From: Felis catus | Taxonomy: Eukaryota | NCBI RefSeq assembly: GCF_018350175.1 | Contig: NC_058383.1 | Location: 38,688,001 to 38,752,000 of the forward strand | Reading direction: 5' to 3' | Length of the DNA stretch: 64,000 bases | The notes under the pieces: generated by a model | What the model saw: only the letters and a program-made list of their open reading frames with translations | Told to the model about the DNA's origin: nothing | Database searches by the model: none | Translations under genes and position numbers: made by a program | Shown: in pieces, positions 13,939-35,816 of the stretch | Layout: every line of letters begins with the position of its first letter | How positions within the stretch are numbered: position 1 is the stretch's first letter

Positions 13939-15948
13939 CTGTCCCCTCAGGTCTTCTTAACCCTAGACGGCCCGCTTGACTCACAGGGGTACTTCAGGTG
14001 CTGCCGGGTGGGGGTCTCGGTGCCCAGAACGTGGGGAAGTCTGTGTCCTCGGCCAGGACCGTCCTCACATCTGTGGGCCTCTTGCAAAGCACCTCTCTGA
14101 CCCCCACACGCACAAGTCAATCTCACAGTCTCACAGTCCCGCTCAGCGGAGTAGCGGTGTCCCTTCGAGGGGCCCGTTGCCCATCAGATGCCCGGCGGAC
14201 GCTGCTCCTGCCACCCTGCAGGCACTCACGTCCCGGCGTCCCAGCTGCCGCCCGTCTGACCCGGCTTGCACAGACCCTCCCGACCCACCTTCGGGCTGAA
14301 GAGAGCCTTGTCCCTCCGGCAGGCACAGGTTCACGCCGAGCAGCACACCCGCTGTGGGTGTCACCTGGGGACTCGGGCCGGCTCCCAGACGCAGGCGGGG
14401 TTTTGAGGCCGAGGCAGGGGAGGGGCAGCAAAGCTGAGAGCGGTGAAGCCTGAGCTACAGGGAGTAGGCGGCGGGGGTGGGGTGGGGAGCCTGGGAGGCG
14501 GGACGGAGACCGGGAGCGGGGGAGGAAAGAACATCCGGGCCGGTGGGAACACAGGGACAAAGGAAAGGGGAGACTGAGGACCAGCTGGGGAGTAAGGATT
14601 GGGGGGGGGGTCATAAAAGTAACAGGCTCTGCACTGAGAAGCGGAGGCTCGGCGGCCTTCCTGAGCCGCCTCCTACTCCTCCCCCAGCCACCCCTTCTTG
14701 TCGTCTTTGCTCCCTGCGACCCCGTTTCACTCTACGTTGCAAACACGCCCAGATCCCCCAGTATCGGACACCCCCGCCCCTGTCCCCCTGCCCGCCGGGG
14801 ACTCTCAGGAATCCGATCCGTCTCCAGTCTCAGCCCAGTGGCCCTGGCTGCTCCCAAGGGAGGGGCCCCGCCCGCACTGTTCCCCCGGCAACAGGTGCCG
14901 GCGCCCAGCTCAGGTGGCATCGCCCAGGCAACGGCCTAGAAACCCCCCCCCCCCACTTCAACCTCAGCTCAGGTGTGCCCTTCCCACCCCCCACACTGAA
15001 ACTGAGGGCTCAGCCGAGCTGCTGAAGGTCTCTAGTGGCAAAGGATGAAGGCGCTGTTGTGGAAGTTGGGGAGGGGCGTGCAGGGGTCTGTGGGGTGAAG
15101 GGGGATGAGTAGTGGAGACAGGCGCCCAGGATGGGGGTGAAGCCCCAGGACCCCACTCTTTCCTGTGAGGAGCAAGTGATCACTCTGTCAGAGACACCAC
15201 GGAGGAGGGCGAGGGGACGAAGCCTGCTCACCTCACCGTCTCCAGGAACAACGACCCGTCCTGAAGACCTCCTCGGTGCCTGTGACTCCTCTCGTGGGGG
15301 GCAGCCTGGGAGTCAGACTACAGCTCAAATCCTGCCCCCAACTAGGGACAGATTATGGAAGGCCAAGGTCCTTAACCTCCTTAGGACAAAGACCGCTGTG
15401 AGAAACCTCGTGGGACCCACAAACATGAGCCCCTCGTTTTGGGGGGGTGGTCATGAACTCCCTCAAGCCTCTTCCCGGCTGCTAGGAACTGAGGAAGAGG
15501 AACAGGGGTGGGGAGCCTTCCTTCATACCGTTTCCTGGGGGGCTGGGAGGACTCTCCAAGGCAGAGCTGGGCCCTCACCTGGGAAGGCCTCTCACCTCCA
15601 CACCTCCTCCTGAGGGCCTTGGCCCGTCTGCCCCACGGGGAGGCACCGGTTGACTGCCCGCGGAGGCCGGGAGGGGGGTGCTGGGACCAGGCCGGATCTA
15701 GTAGGGCCAACGTGGGGTGGGGGCAGGCCTGCGAGGCCCCCACATACACCTGGGGGTGGCACGCACTGGGTGCCTCTTCACCTGTTCAGTGGGACTTCGT
15801 TTACAAAGGATTTTAACTTCGAGTGGGTGCACTGCTTCTGGGGATGGGTTTTAGCATTTTTTAGAAGTTTATACTTTCATCAGATCTGCAAAAGGCTCAG
15901 TGACGAAAAAAAGCTTGAGAGCCCCTCCCTCTAAAACAGAGACTGAAA

Positions 15949-16158
15949 GGGGCGCCTGGGTGGCTCAGTCCCTTAAGCATCTGACTTCGGCTCAGGTCGT
16001 GATCTTGAGGTTTGTGGGTTCAAGCCCAGGGTCGGGCTCTGTGCTGACAGCTCAGAGCCTGGAGCCTGCTTCGGATTCTGTGTCTCCCCCTCTCTCTGCC
16101 CCTCCCCCACTCATGCTCTGTCTCTCCCTCTGTCAAAAATAAAGAAACATTAATAAAA
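15949..16158 (+). mobile_element. Can-SINE (SINEC)
   Basis: GGGGCGCCTGGGTGGCTCAGTC...GCTCAGGTCGTGATCT...CT-rich segment, A-rich tail. Confidence 0.92.
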
Positions 16159-18929
16159 TGGAGACTGCGGCCAGTGCCGAGAAGCGGGCCGATGAGTGGG
16201 TCTGAAAGGTAGACGCTGGTGGCTACAGTTTCCTCCACACCCTTGCTTCCCCACAGGTTCAGCTTTTCGGCCGGCTGGGGTGGGGAGGGGTGCTCCTCCC
16301 TTGTGAGGGGCCGACTTGGTGGCCCGGTGGACATGGTGGGCAGTGGGGGGGGGGGGGCAAGTGGTCAGAGCCCCCTGCAGGCTGTGATGGGCCTGGGGAA
16401 TCGTGGGGTTTGTCCAGCTAATCCAGCCCTGGGGCCCTAGATTTCACAGGGTGGGCGGGGAGGGGTGACTAGTAAGAAGGGGAGGGGAGGGGTGGCTGAG
16501 AAGGACAAATAGAGGCAGGCATTCAGGGCCCAAGGAATCCAGCCACACAGGTTCCAGCAGGTGTCAGGAGGCAGCAGCAAGCCCAGGTATCGGAGGGGCC
16601 CGGCAACCCTCCCGCAGCGCCTGCGTCCTGGGCAGCCTGGCCGGGGGTCTTTCCCGTCCCTGGGCGCAGAGACAGCCTCGGCACAGTGAGACCCACCCAG
16701 CCCGGTTTGCCCGAGAGCCTGCAGTTGGGCCCGGCCTCCAGGACCCCCCAGTTTCACAGGCAGCTTTAAATCCCTGATGTTGTCACAGGGCCAGTGCGGG
16801 GTGGGGGGGGGGGGTGGAGGGGGGAGCGCTGCGCACACATCGTGCCCAGAGGTGGCACTGAGGACCCTAATTGTTTTAGATCCCAATTCTTCTTGGGCTC
16901 GACACGTCAACACTCAAGCACAAAGACCCACACACACGGGAGGTGAGTGCTCAGAGGCTGCAGACACCCCCAGACCAATCGGAACCAGACCCGTGGTGGG
17001 GGGCCCGGGGAAGCTTCAGCTTCCTCCCACCGAAGTCTACTCTTCCCCCCTTTGAGAAGACAACGCACCTCCCCCCAAGGCCTTCGGGGAGGTTAAAAGT
17101 GGGACGATCTGTCCGAGAGCAGGGAGGGGCCGAGAGGACGCCGGAGGTGGTCAGGGGAACCGCCCGCAGAAGGGGTGGGCAGCAAGGACGATGCCGGGGA
17201 GACCCCGGAAGGCGCTTGCCACCCTCAGCCCTCACTCAGGCGGGGTCTTGGGTCCCCAGGTCCACCCGGACTTGGTTGGATCCGAGAACCAAAGGGTTAA
17301 AGTTGGGGCCCAGCGGGGACTGTAGCTGGGGCCGGAATGTCATTGATATGGAGAGGTGGGGACTCCCTCGGCGCGGTTACCATCTCAAAGGCACTTCATC
17401 ACATCCACTGGAATCTCCACCCCCACTGCCTCCGCCGGGGAAAGAGGTGGGGGAGGGAAAACTGCCTCAATATACTACCGTGGAGGGAAACTGAGGCACG
17501 GGGGTGTGTGGCCTGCCCCACTTGCTGCTTCGGTGGGTGGTAGAACTGGGCCCTGTGTTCTCCGGAGGGCGGCAGGCGGGGCCGCTCAGGTGGGCAGAAG
17601 ACGCGCCGGCTTAGAGGGGGGAAGGGCGGGGGCGGGCTACCTTCAATCCTCACCTCCTCCAGGCTTTTGGAGGAAAGTGTGGCCCAAAGACAAAGACGGG
17701 AACCAAAGGTCAGAGGGCCATCATGGGGCCAAGGAGAGCATGGGGGTGGGCGCGGGGGCTGTACGGCCCAAGGGCAGCATCAGCCTCTGCTTCGGAGGTG
17801 CCCGAGGCCCCAGACTTTGTTAGGAGAAAGGCCAGATCCGCTGGCTGCTGAACCAAAATCGGGCAGATGAAGCCCGAGGTCGCATACCCGTTCTTGCTGG
17901 GTTACTACCCCCATTTTACAGACCCAGAAACAAGGTGGGGGAATGGGGGGGGGTAATGAGAACTTGGCCACATGTACTCGTGAGAAACAGGACAAGCCTG
18001 AAGGCGTCCAGACCCTGGCCCAGAGCACAGTGTGCTCCCGGTGGCAGCACAGCAACCCGCATGCACCACCCCACCCACACCCCGCCGAGGTCCTCCCCTG
18101 CCTCCCCTCCCTCTCCCCGCTCCTGCAGACACCCTGAGCCGGGAAGTCTCCGCACAGAACCGCACCTGGATCTGGTTACACCGGGAGCCACCGTCCACCC
18201 TGGGCGGCACCTTCACCGTGTCTGTCCCCGCCACAGAAGGCACCAGTTGTTCACCACCTGCTGTGGGCAGCTTAACGGAGCCCGGGCAGACCTCGATGGG
18301 CAAGTCACAACTGCAGTGATCTCCGGGGGGCCTCCCGGCTGTAAAACGAAGGGAGATGCCTGCCTTGCCCGCCCCCAGGGTCACTACAAGAATTTGCCCA
18401 GGCAGCGAGCACCCCACACATCTTGGGGACCACTGTAGGTACCGACTTGGGACTAGAGTATTTTGTTAACAGCATCATGGCGGTTTCCCTTGTAAACCTG
18501 GTCAGACGCCATGGATTGGGTAGCAATTAACTTTATTTCTGTCGTAACCGTCAGCCTTCAAAGAGCAGTCTTTATCCGTCTGGAGTTTAGAGGTGAGGGG
18601 GTTGCCCCTCACCTCACTGCTGTGTTCTTACAAAGAGTGGACATTCAGTCTTGTCCCCCCCATTTGGTCTGATTCTCAGTGGAGAGGAGAAGAGAGCTCC
18701 AGGATGTGAAGAGGGTGAAGAGAGCAAACCAGCAGGAATGGGAACACGGCCAGAATTCAAGACAAGGGCAGGGGAGTCAACATGAAGGTACCAGTGACTC
18801 TGGCTCCTGCCCAAGGACTCCAAGGGACAGCAAGGTTCAAGCCAGAAATAGGGTTTTAAATAGAGTGATAAGGGAAGCTGGGAAGACGGCTCTGAAGGTG
18901 GCCAGAGCCCCCAGCGACAGGCCACTACT

Positions 18930-19582
18930 GGTATGGAATGCATGGTGGCCCCCACACCATGTCCAGGTCTTAAGCCCTGGAACCTCTGAATTTGGCCTTA
19001 ACTGGAAAAAGGGACTGGGTGGCTTAGTCAGTTAAGTGTCCAACTCTTGATTTTGGTTCTGGTCATGATCTGATCTCACAGTCCTGAGATTGAGCCCTGT
19101 GTCATGCTCTGTGCTGACTGCACAGAGCCTGCTTGGGATTCTCTCTCTCTCTAAATAAATAAACAAGAGAAAAGAAAAAAAGAAAAAGACAAAAGGAAAG
19201 GAAAGAAAAGAAAAGGCCTTTGCAGCTGTAATTAAATTAAAATAAATTAAAAACTTCAAGATGAGATCATTCTGTATTCAGGATGGGGCCTACATCCAAT
19301 GACAGGTGTCAAAAGAGGAAAAAGAGGAAGGTGTGAGACACAGACACAGGGTAAGGCCATGTGAAGACGGAGGCTGAGGCTGGAGGGATGTGGCCACAAG
19401 CTAAGGAACGCCAGGGGCCGCCAGGAGCTTGGAGACCCAAGGAAGGATCCTCCCCTAGAGCCTTGGGAGGAAGGAGCACAGCCCTGCAATACCCTGATTT
19501 GGGGTTTCTGGTAAATTCGTTTTATTTTAAGCCATCCAATTAGTGGCAGCTTGCTGAAGCAGTCACAAGCAATTCATATACT
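18930..19582 (+). mobile_element. MaLR solo LTR (MLT1-like) interrupted by a Can-SINE (~19013-19210)
   Basis: MLT1-type segments 'cttcaagatgagatcattctg', 'ccatgtgaagacggaggc', 'ggccacaagctaaggaacgcc', 'tttaagccatcc'; SINE head 'ctgggtggcttagtcagttaagtgtccaactcttgatttt' nested inside. Confidence 0.75.
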
Positions 19583-19992
19583 GTCTTTTTTGCTAGTGGG
19601 TTCCAGGCTCTCAGAGGTTGCCCAAGGTCAAGTTGGCTTCCTGATACCACGCTCGAGTTGCTGTAGAAGAGCCCAATGAGATAGGACATCTGCCTGTTAC
19701 CTGAGCCCAAGCCACCTGAGTAACAAAGGGAACTTTATTCTGAGTTGTACAGCCTGGGGAGAACCTGGCAGGGTGGGGGTGGAGGGGAGGGCAAGTAAAA
19801 CGGGGACAGAATAGGGGCTTCCTTTCATGACTCACCTTGGGAGCCTTCCCGTCCCTGGGGATGACCTAGGCCTTGCATGTGAGGCTGCTGCTCCAGGGCC
19901 CAGTATCGGTTGTCCATCAGCACCGCTGCTATTCTGGTGCATCCAGACCTGCACAATCCTTGGATCTCTTTCAGTCCAAAGTCTGACTCAAA

Positions 19993-20200
19993 GGGCACCT
20001 GGGTGGCTCAGTGGGTTAAGCGTCAGACTTCAGCTCAGGTCACGATCCCATGTTTGGTGAGTTTGAGCCCCGCGTCGGGCTCTGTGCGGACAGCTCAGAG
20101 CCTGGAGCCTGCTTCGGCTTCTTTGTTTCCCCCTCTCTCTGCTCCTCCCCTGCTCATGCTCTGTCTCTCAAAAATAAATAAACATTAAAAACAAGAAAAG
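19993..20200 (+). mobile_element. Can-SINE (SINEC)
   Basis: GGGCACCTGGGTGGCTCAGTGGGTTAAGCGTCAGACTTCAGCTCAGGTCACGATC...AAAATAAATAAACATTAAAA. Confidence 0.92.
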
Positions 20201-20722
20201 AAAGTTGGACTCAAGGCTTGCAAGGCAGCAAGTTTCCCAGAAGCCATACACACGCAAAGGAACAGGACCTTAGTGATGACATCCAAACCCCTCACTTTAT
20301 AAGGGAAAATGAAACACCTTGCATACCCAGTCAGAACATTTTGAAGTCTTGTTTTCATTTCAAGCCAAGCACCGTGTGCCCCTGTCCCCACCGCGCCGGA
20401 TAAGCAGCCAACTTCTCTGCACAAGGTATGAGTTACATTCTCAAATAACCAGGCAAGAGGCTCGCTGTAGGGCAGTAGGGCAAAACGGAATAAAGACCCT
20501 ATTCTTAAAACGAATTTATTTTTAGACTTGCCCCTTCCACCCCAAACCTGGGCCTCTCCTCTGACACTGCCTCGCGCTTCCCCAGTCCAGACTCTCACCG
20601 GCGCTTTCTCAATCTGCCAGATGCGAAGGCGGTGAGGGCGCCCAGCCCCGGTGTCCAGGCAGGACGGCCTACTCACCCGCCCGCAGCCCCTCGGGGTCCA
20701 CGGCCTCGCAAGGGCCAGGCCA

Positions 20723-21355
20723 TCAGCAGGGAGGCGACAGGAAGAGGTACGGCGGCGGCGTCCGCGGCGGCGGCGGCAGCGGCGGAGGGAAGGCGGGCAG
20801 CAGCCAGGGGGCGCGGGGCGCGGGCGGCGCCAGCAGGTTGGAGGGCGAAGGCCGCGCGGGCAGCGGCGGCAGCGGTTGCGGGGGCGGCTCGGCGACCAGG
20901 GGCGGGCGGCCGCGCGCGCCTACAGGCCCGGGCGTGGCGGCGACGGCGGCCTCGGGCAGCGGCGGCAGCGGCAGGTGCGCGGGCGGCGGCGCGGGCGCCG
21001 GTAGGCGCGGCAGGTCCTGCAGCGCGAGCGCGGCGGCGGGCGGCGCGGGCACGCAGGCCTCGGGAGGCAGCTCCGGCAGCGCCAGGTGGGCGCCGGGGCC
21101 CCAGGGTGCCAGCGGCTCGGGCCGCAGCGGAAGCGCGGGCAGAGGCGGCAGCTCCGCCAGGGCGAGCGCCGAGGGCGGCGGCGGCGGCGGCGTGGGGCTC
21201 AGGCCGGGCGGCAGGCCCGGCAGCGGCGGGTGCGGCAGGGACGGCACGGGCGGCGGGGTCAGCGACAGCGACGTGCGGGACCGACCCAGCCGCGAGTGGC
21301 CGCGAGCACGGACGAGCCGCGGGTTCGAGCGGGAGCGGGGGAGCCGCGCCGCCAG
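20723..21355 (-). CDS. Putative Pro/Leu-rich intrinsically disordered protein (~210 aa), no ATG; candidate CUG/ACG initiation
   Basis: Open frame with near-exclusive G/C third positions (CTG CCG CCG CTG CCC GAG...) and internal repeats ALALAELPPLPA / HLALPELPPEA / ALALQDLPRLPA / HLPLPPLPEA. CTG in GCCAAGCTGG context at 21355, downstream of three CCAAT boxes; GTGAGT donor after 20677. Confidence 0.4.
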   Translation of the reverse strand: MAARLPRSRSNPRLVRARGHSRLGRSRTSLSLTPPPVPSLPHPPLPGLPPGLSPTPPPPPPSALALAELPPLPALPLRPEPLAPWGPGAHLALPELPPEACVPAPPAAALALQDLPRLPAPAPPPAHLPLPPLPEAAVAATPGPVGARGRPPLVAEPPPQPLPPLPARPSPSNLLAPPAPRAPWLLPAFPPPLPPPPRTPPPYLFLSPPC

Positions 21356-21399
21356 CTTGGCCGTCGCTGAGGCGCAGCGACCTCCTCCCTCCCCTACGG

Positions 21400-21780
21400 C
21401 GGCCACGCACCGCGCGACCCGGCCAATCACGGGTCAGTGCGCTGGCGGCCTTCGCGTGCGTCCCGCCAGGTAGAACGAGCTGCCGTGGCGGCCAATCAGA
21501 GGCGGCAGCGCTCCCTGTCAGCGTCTCCTTTCAGCCCTCCCACGGTCTCAACCAATCACGGTGTCCCGCGGTGCCCTTGGCCCCACCCCCTACTAGCCCC
21601 GAGACCAGGCGCTGCACACGCGCAGTTGGCGCCCCCACCTGGCCTTAGGGTCGGCTGAGTCGCTGCATTCCCGTGGCGGCCAACGAGGCGATAGGGCGGC
21701 CCTCCTGTTCCGGGGTTTGCGCTTAGCGGCCCCGGAACGAGGCGCGCCTGGACGTGGGTCAAGACCAATGCAGATTTCAA
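21400..21780. promoter_or_regulatory. NF-Y (CCAAT) promoter at the edge of an orphan CpG island (~20620-21760)
   Basis: GGCCAATCAC (21421-21430), GGCCAATCAG (~21490-21499), AACCAATCAC (~21550-21559) and GACCAATG (~21763); very high CpG density. Confidence 0.7.
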
Positions 21781-21817
21781 TTATCTTAAAGAAAAGAGAA
21801 TTCAAAACTAAAATTTA

Positions 21818-22252
21818 GGGGTGGCCTAGTGACTCGGTTGTTTAAGCGGCTCACTCTTGATTTTGGCTCAGGTCATAATATCCCCCAACGATGAGACGGG
21901 AGTTCTGAGCGGAACTTTGTGCTGAACAAAGCAGCCTGCTTGGGATTCTCTCTCTCTGTCAAAATGAATATATTTAATATGCTTAAAAACTTAAAAAAAA
22001 AAACCCGAAATTTGATGACATGTAGCATTTGCGTTATCGTTAAGATATGAATGATGGGTGGGTGACAATCAGAAACGAAGGGATGGTAACTCTCTTTAAA
22101 ACTGGAATATAGAAACCTTTATTAAAATATTAGATCATTTCTAGGTGAGAGGTGCGTGGGTGGTTCAGTTGATTGAGTGACTGACTCTTCATTTCGGCTC
22201 AGGTCATGATCTCGGCGTCATGGGTCTTCGCTGAGCATGGAGCCTGCTTGAG

Positions 22253-22298
<46 letters not shown>

Positions 22299-22625
22299 TA
22301 CCTCTCCCTCTCCCTCTCCCCACCCCCCCTTCCCTCTCTCCCTTCCTCTGTCCCTCGGTCGCTCGAGCTCACTCTCTCAAAATAAAAAATAAAAGCAAAT
22401 CATATAGAAAAAAACATTTTGGGGTGCCTGGGTGGCTCATTCAGATAAGCATCCGACTTCAGCTCAGGTCATGATCTCATGGTTGGTGGGTTTGAGCCCT
22501 GCCTCGGGCTCTGTGCTGCTGGCTCAGAGCCAGGGGCCTGCTTGGGATTGTGTCTCCCTCTCTCTCCGTCCTTCCCCCACTTGTGTTCTCCCTCTCTTTC
22601 TCTCTAAAAAATAAACATTAAAAAA
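21818..22625 (+). mobile_element. Cluster of three Can-SINEs (~21818-22005, ~22150-22410 with expanded (CT)n, ~22421-22625)
   Basis: Three SINE heads with GCTCAGGTCAT(G/A)ATC(T) cores and A-rich tails. Confidence 0.85.
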
Positions 22626-22725
22626 TTTTTTTTTTAATTTCTAGGTGAGTTAGGCAGGATATCACTCAAGGACAGTGTGCTGGGCGGGCCCTGTGCCCAG
22701 ATGTTAGCTTCTAATCCTTTGTTAC

Positions 22726-23165
22726 TGTTAACAAAAAATCAACCGAGTCATTTTGAAGCTCTAACTGGCTTTAAGCGATTCGTGAATTGGATAGCATCCC
22801 ATCCACCAAGTAGAAGGGAGCTGCAAGGAATTGGGCAGAATGGAAGATTTTTACAGGAAGGAGGGTGAGGCAAGAAAGTTTAGCTAAAGAAAAGATTGTG
22901 ACAGCAAGGTCACCTTCTCTTAGAGGGGAAAGGGGAGGAGGGGGGCAGAGGAGAATTAGGTAGATTACCTCATATTCCTTCAGGTGGGGTGGTGAGGCCC
23001 ATGTGACATTACCCCAGTAGTGCGGACTAGAAAATCCCTGACTGGTTAAGACTACGTTTCCTGGAGGGAGGTTGGAACTGCAGTTAGTAAGGTAGGTAAG
23101 GTACTAAGCTCCCCTTTGGGGACTTGGCCTAAGCGGCCCCACCTTTAGCTTGTGGTTTCCTAACA
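22726..23165. mobile_element. Probable endogenous retrovirus solo LTR
   Basis: ~440-bp block bounded by TGTTA...TAACA terminal inverted ends, with composition distinct from the flanks; family not determined. Confidence 0.5.
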
Positions 23166-23229
23166 TCAGTAAAAAGATGTGATTTAGTGTATACCTTGGG
23201 GCAGAGAAAGACAAGACTATTTGGATATT

Positions 23230-23405
23230 TTATTTTAGTTTGAGAGAGAAAGCATGAGCAGGGGAAGGGCAGAGGGAGAGGGAGAGGGGAGAGAGAGAAT
23301 CCTAGGCAGTCTCTATGCTGTCAGCTTGGAGCCCGATGCAGGGCTCGAACTCACCAGCTGTGGGGTTATGACCTGAAGTCGGACGCTTAACCCACTGAGA
23401 CACCT
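23230..23405 (-). mobile_element. Can-SINE
   Basis: gagagagaatcc...ggctcgaactcac...acctgaagtcggacgcttaacccactgag (antisense SINE). Confidence 0.8.
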
Positions 23406-24160
23406 AGTTGGATATATTTTTTTAAATGAGTAGTTCTGTGAAAAAGGAAAAATCTAGGACTCCCAAAGAGAGCAAATCAAATGAGGTTGGCTAAGAAAAA
23501 TCAGGCTGGAATTCTGATGTTTATAGAATTTCCTAAAAGCTGATCCACCTTAAGCCTTATTTGTATTACTGTGAGGGTCGCCAGAGGCGTGGGCTTGCAA
23601 GGGCAAAAGGCCATAAGCCAGAGGCTCAGAGAGATGGTTCTGGCACGGGCCTGCCCCTGAGTAGGAGCTCGGAACAGCGGGTCAGTCCCCAGTTGTGCCA
23701 CCTCCACGCTGGAGCCGGGCAAAAAGACTACTGGGCGTCTGCATTTCTGTGCAAGAAGATCTGTACGCGTGGGGTAAGAAAAACAGGCAATCCAGTATCA
23801 CCAATACTGATACTGGGTCAGTAACTGGCTTTTTAAGACGTTTGGAAGCGTTCAGGAATCGGAGATGGTAAATGTCTGATTTCTTCATTTCCAAGAGTCC
23901 TTTAAGTACTCAGAAAGAACTTAGTGGTTGGATTTTGTGGATCAAGGAGATTATATGTGTAATTGAAGTGTATAAGGGAATTGAGGTCATCAGGTTTGGA
24001 AGGCATGCTAAATCTTCAGGGAGAAGTCAGATCTGGCAAATTCGTAATCTAACTTGAGCATTCATCCAAGAATGTGGGAGTGAGTTTTACATCCAAATTG
24101 TAAAGTTAATTAGTACAATAACATTGGAAAGCAAGTGAATGCTTAAGAAAAAGATTTCGA

Positions 24161-24400
24161 GGGGCACCGGTGGGGGGGGGTGGGGGGCACAGTTGGTAAG
24201 GGTCCGACTTCCGCTCAGGTTACGATCTCACCATTTGTGAGTTAGAGCCCCGCGTCGGGCTCTGGGCTGACAGCTCAGGGCCTGGAGCCTGCTTTGGATT
24301 CTGTCTCCCACTCTCTCTGCCCCTCCCCTGCTCACCCTCTATCTTTCTGTCTCTCAAAAAATGAAAAATAAAAACATTTTAAAAAATTAAAAAGAAAAAG
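24161..24400 (+). mobile_element. Can-SINE
   Basis: GGTCCGACTTCCGCTCAGGTTACGATCTCAC...GAGCCCCGCGTCGGGCTCTG...A-rich tail. Confidence 0.88.
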
Positions 24401-24614
24401 ATTTTTAGTGGAATAACTAACAAATAGATTCTAAATTTACACATAAATAATGCACACGTCCCCTAATTTGATTGTGGCTCCTCCGCTCAAGCGGGACAAA
24501 GTGACGGATGGATAGAAGTGGGATGGACGAATGAGGTGCCGGCCGGGGCTGCCCCACCCCAGCCGGCGATCCCCCTACCACAGCACAAAGAGGCAAACAG
24601 GGCAGCACGTGGTC

Positions 24615-24620
24615 TTTATT
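24615..24620 (-). terminator. Poly(A) signal of the glycine-rich gene
   Basis: AATAAA on the minus strand ~125 nt after the TGA at 24745. Confidence 0.75.
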
Positions 24621-24744
24621 AATACTTTCAGCCCGCAGGAGACCCCAGGCCAGAAGCCAAGCCCCAGGGTCTGGTCGTCCTCACCCACACCGGGCTGTGG
24701 TTCTGAGGCACTCAGGATGGGCGGTGAGGGAAGGGCCTCGGCGC

Positions 24745-35731
<10,987 letters not shown>

Positions 35732-35770
35732 GATGCCGAGTGGGACAGGATGGCACCCACCCTTCAGGCC

Positions 35771-35816
35771 TTTAAACACCCCTGCTGGGTGGGGTCTCGC
35801 CCGGGCCCCCCAGCTG
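35771..35816 (-). promoter_or_regulatory. GREP1 core promoter (TATA-like box and E-box)
   Basis: TTTAAA at 35771-35776, 40 nt upstream of the ATG; CAGCTG at 35811-35816; not a CpG island, consistent with a tissue-specific gene. Confidence 0.5.

Noticed and set aside
15949-16030. tRNA-like A/B boxes as tRNA genes
   Set aside because: They are heads of tRNA-derived Can-SINEs.
20632-21648. Plus-strand Ala/Arg-rich (338 aa) and Gly/Ser-rich loricrin-like (20838-21473) ORFs
   Set aside because: They are antisense shadows of the same GC-rich triplets. There is no ATG, and the CCAAT boxes and splice donor favour minus-strand transcription. Not fully excluded without conservation data.
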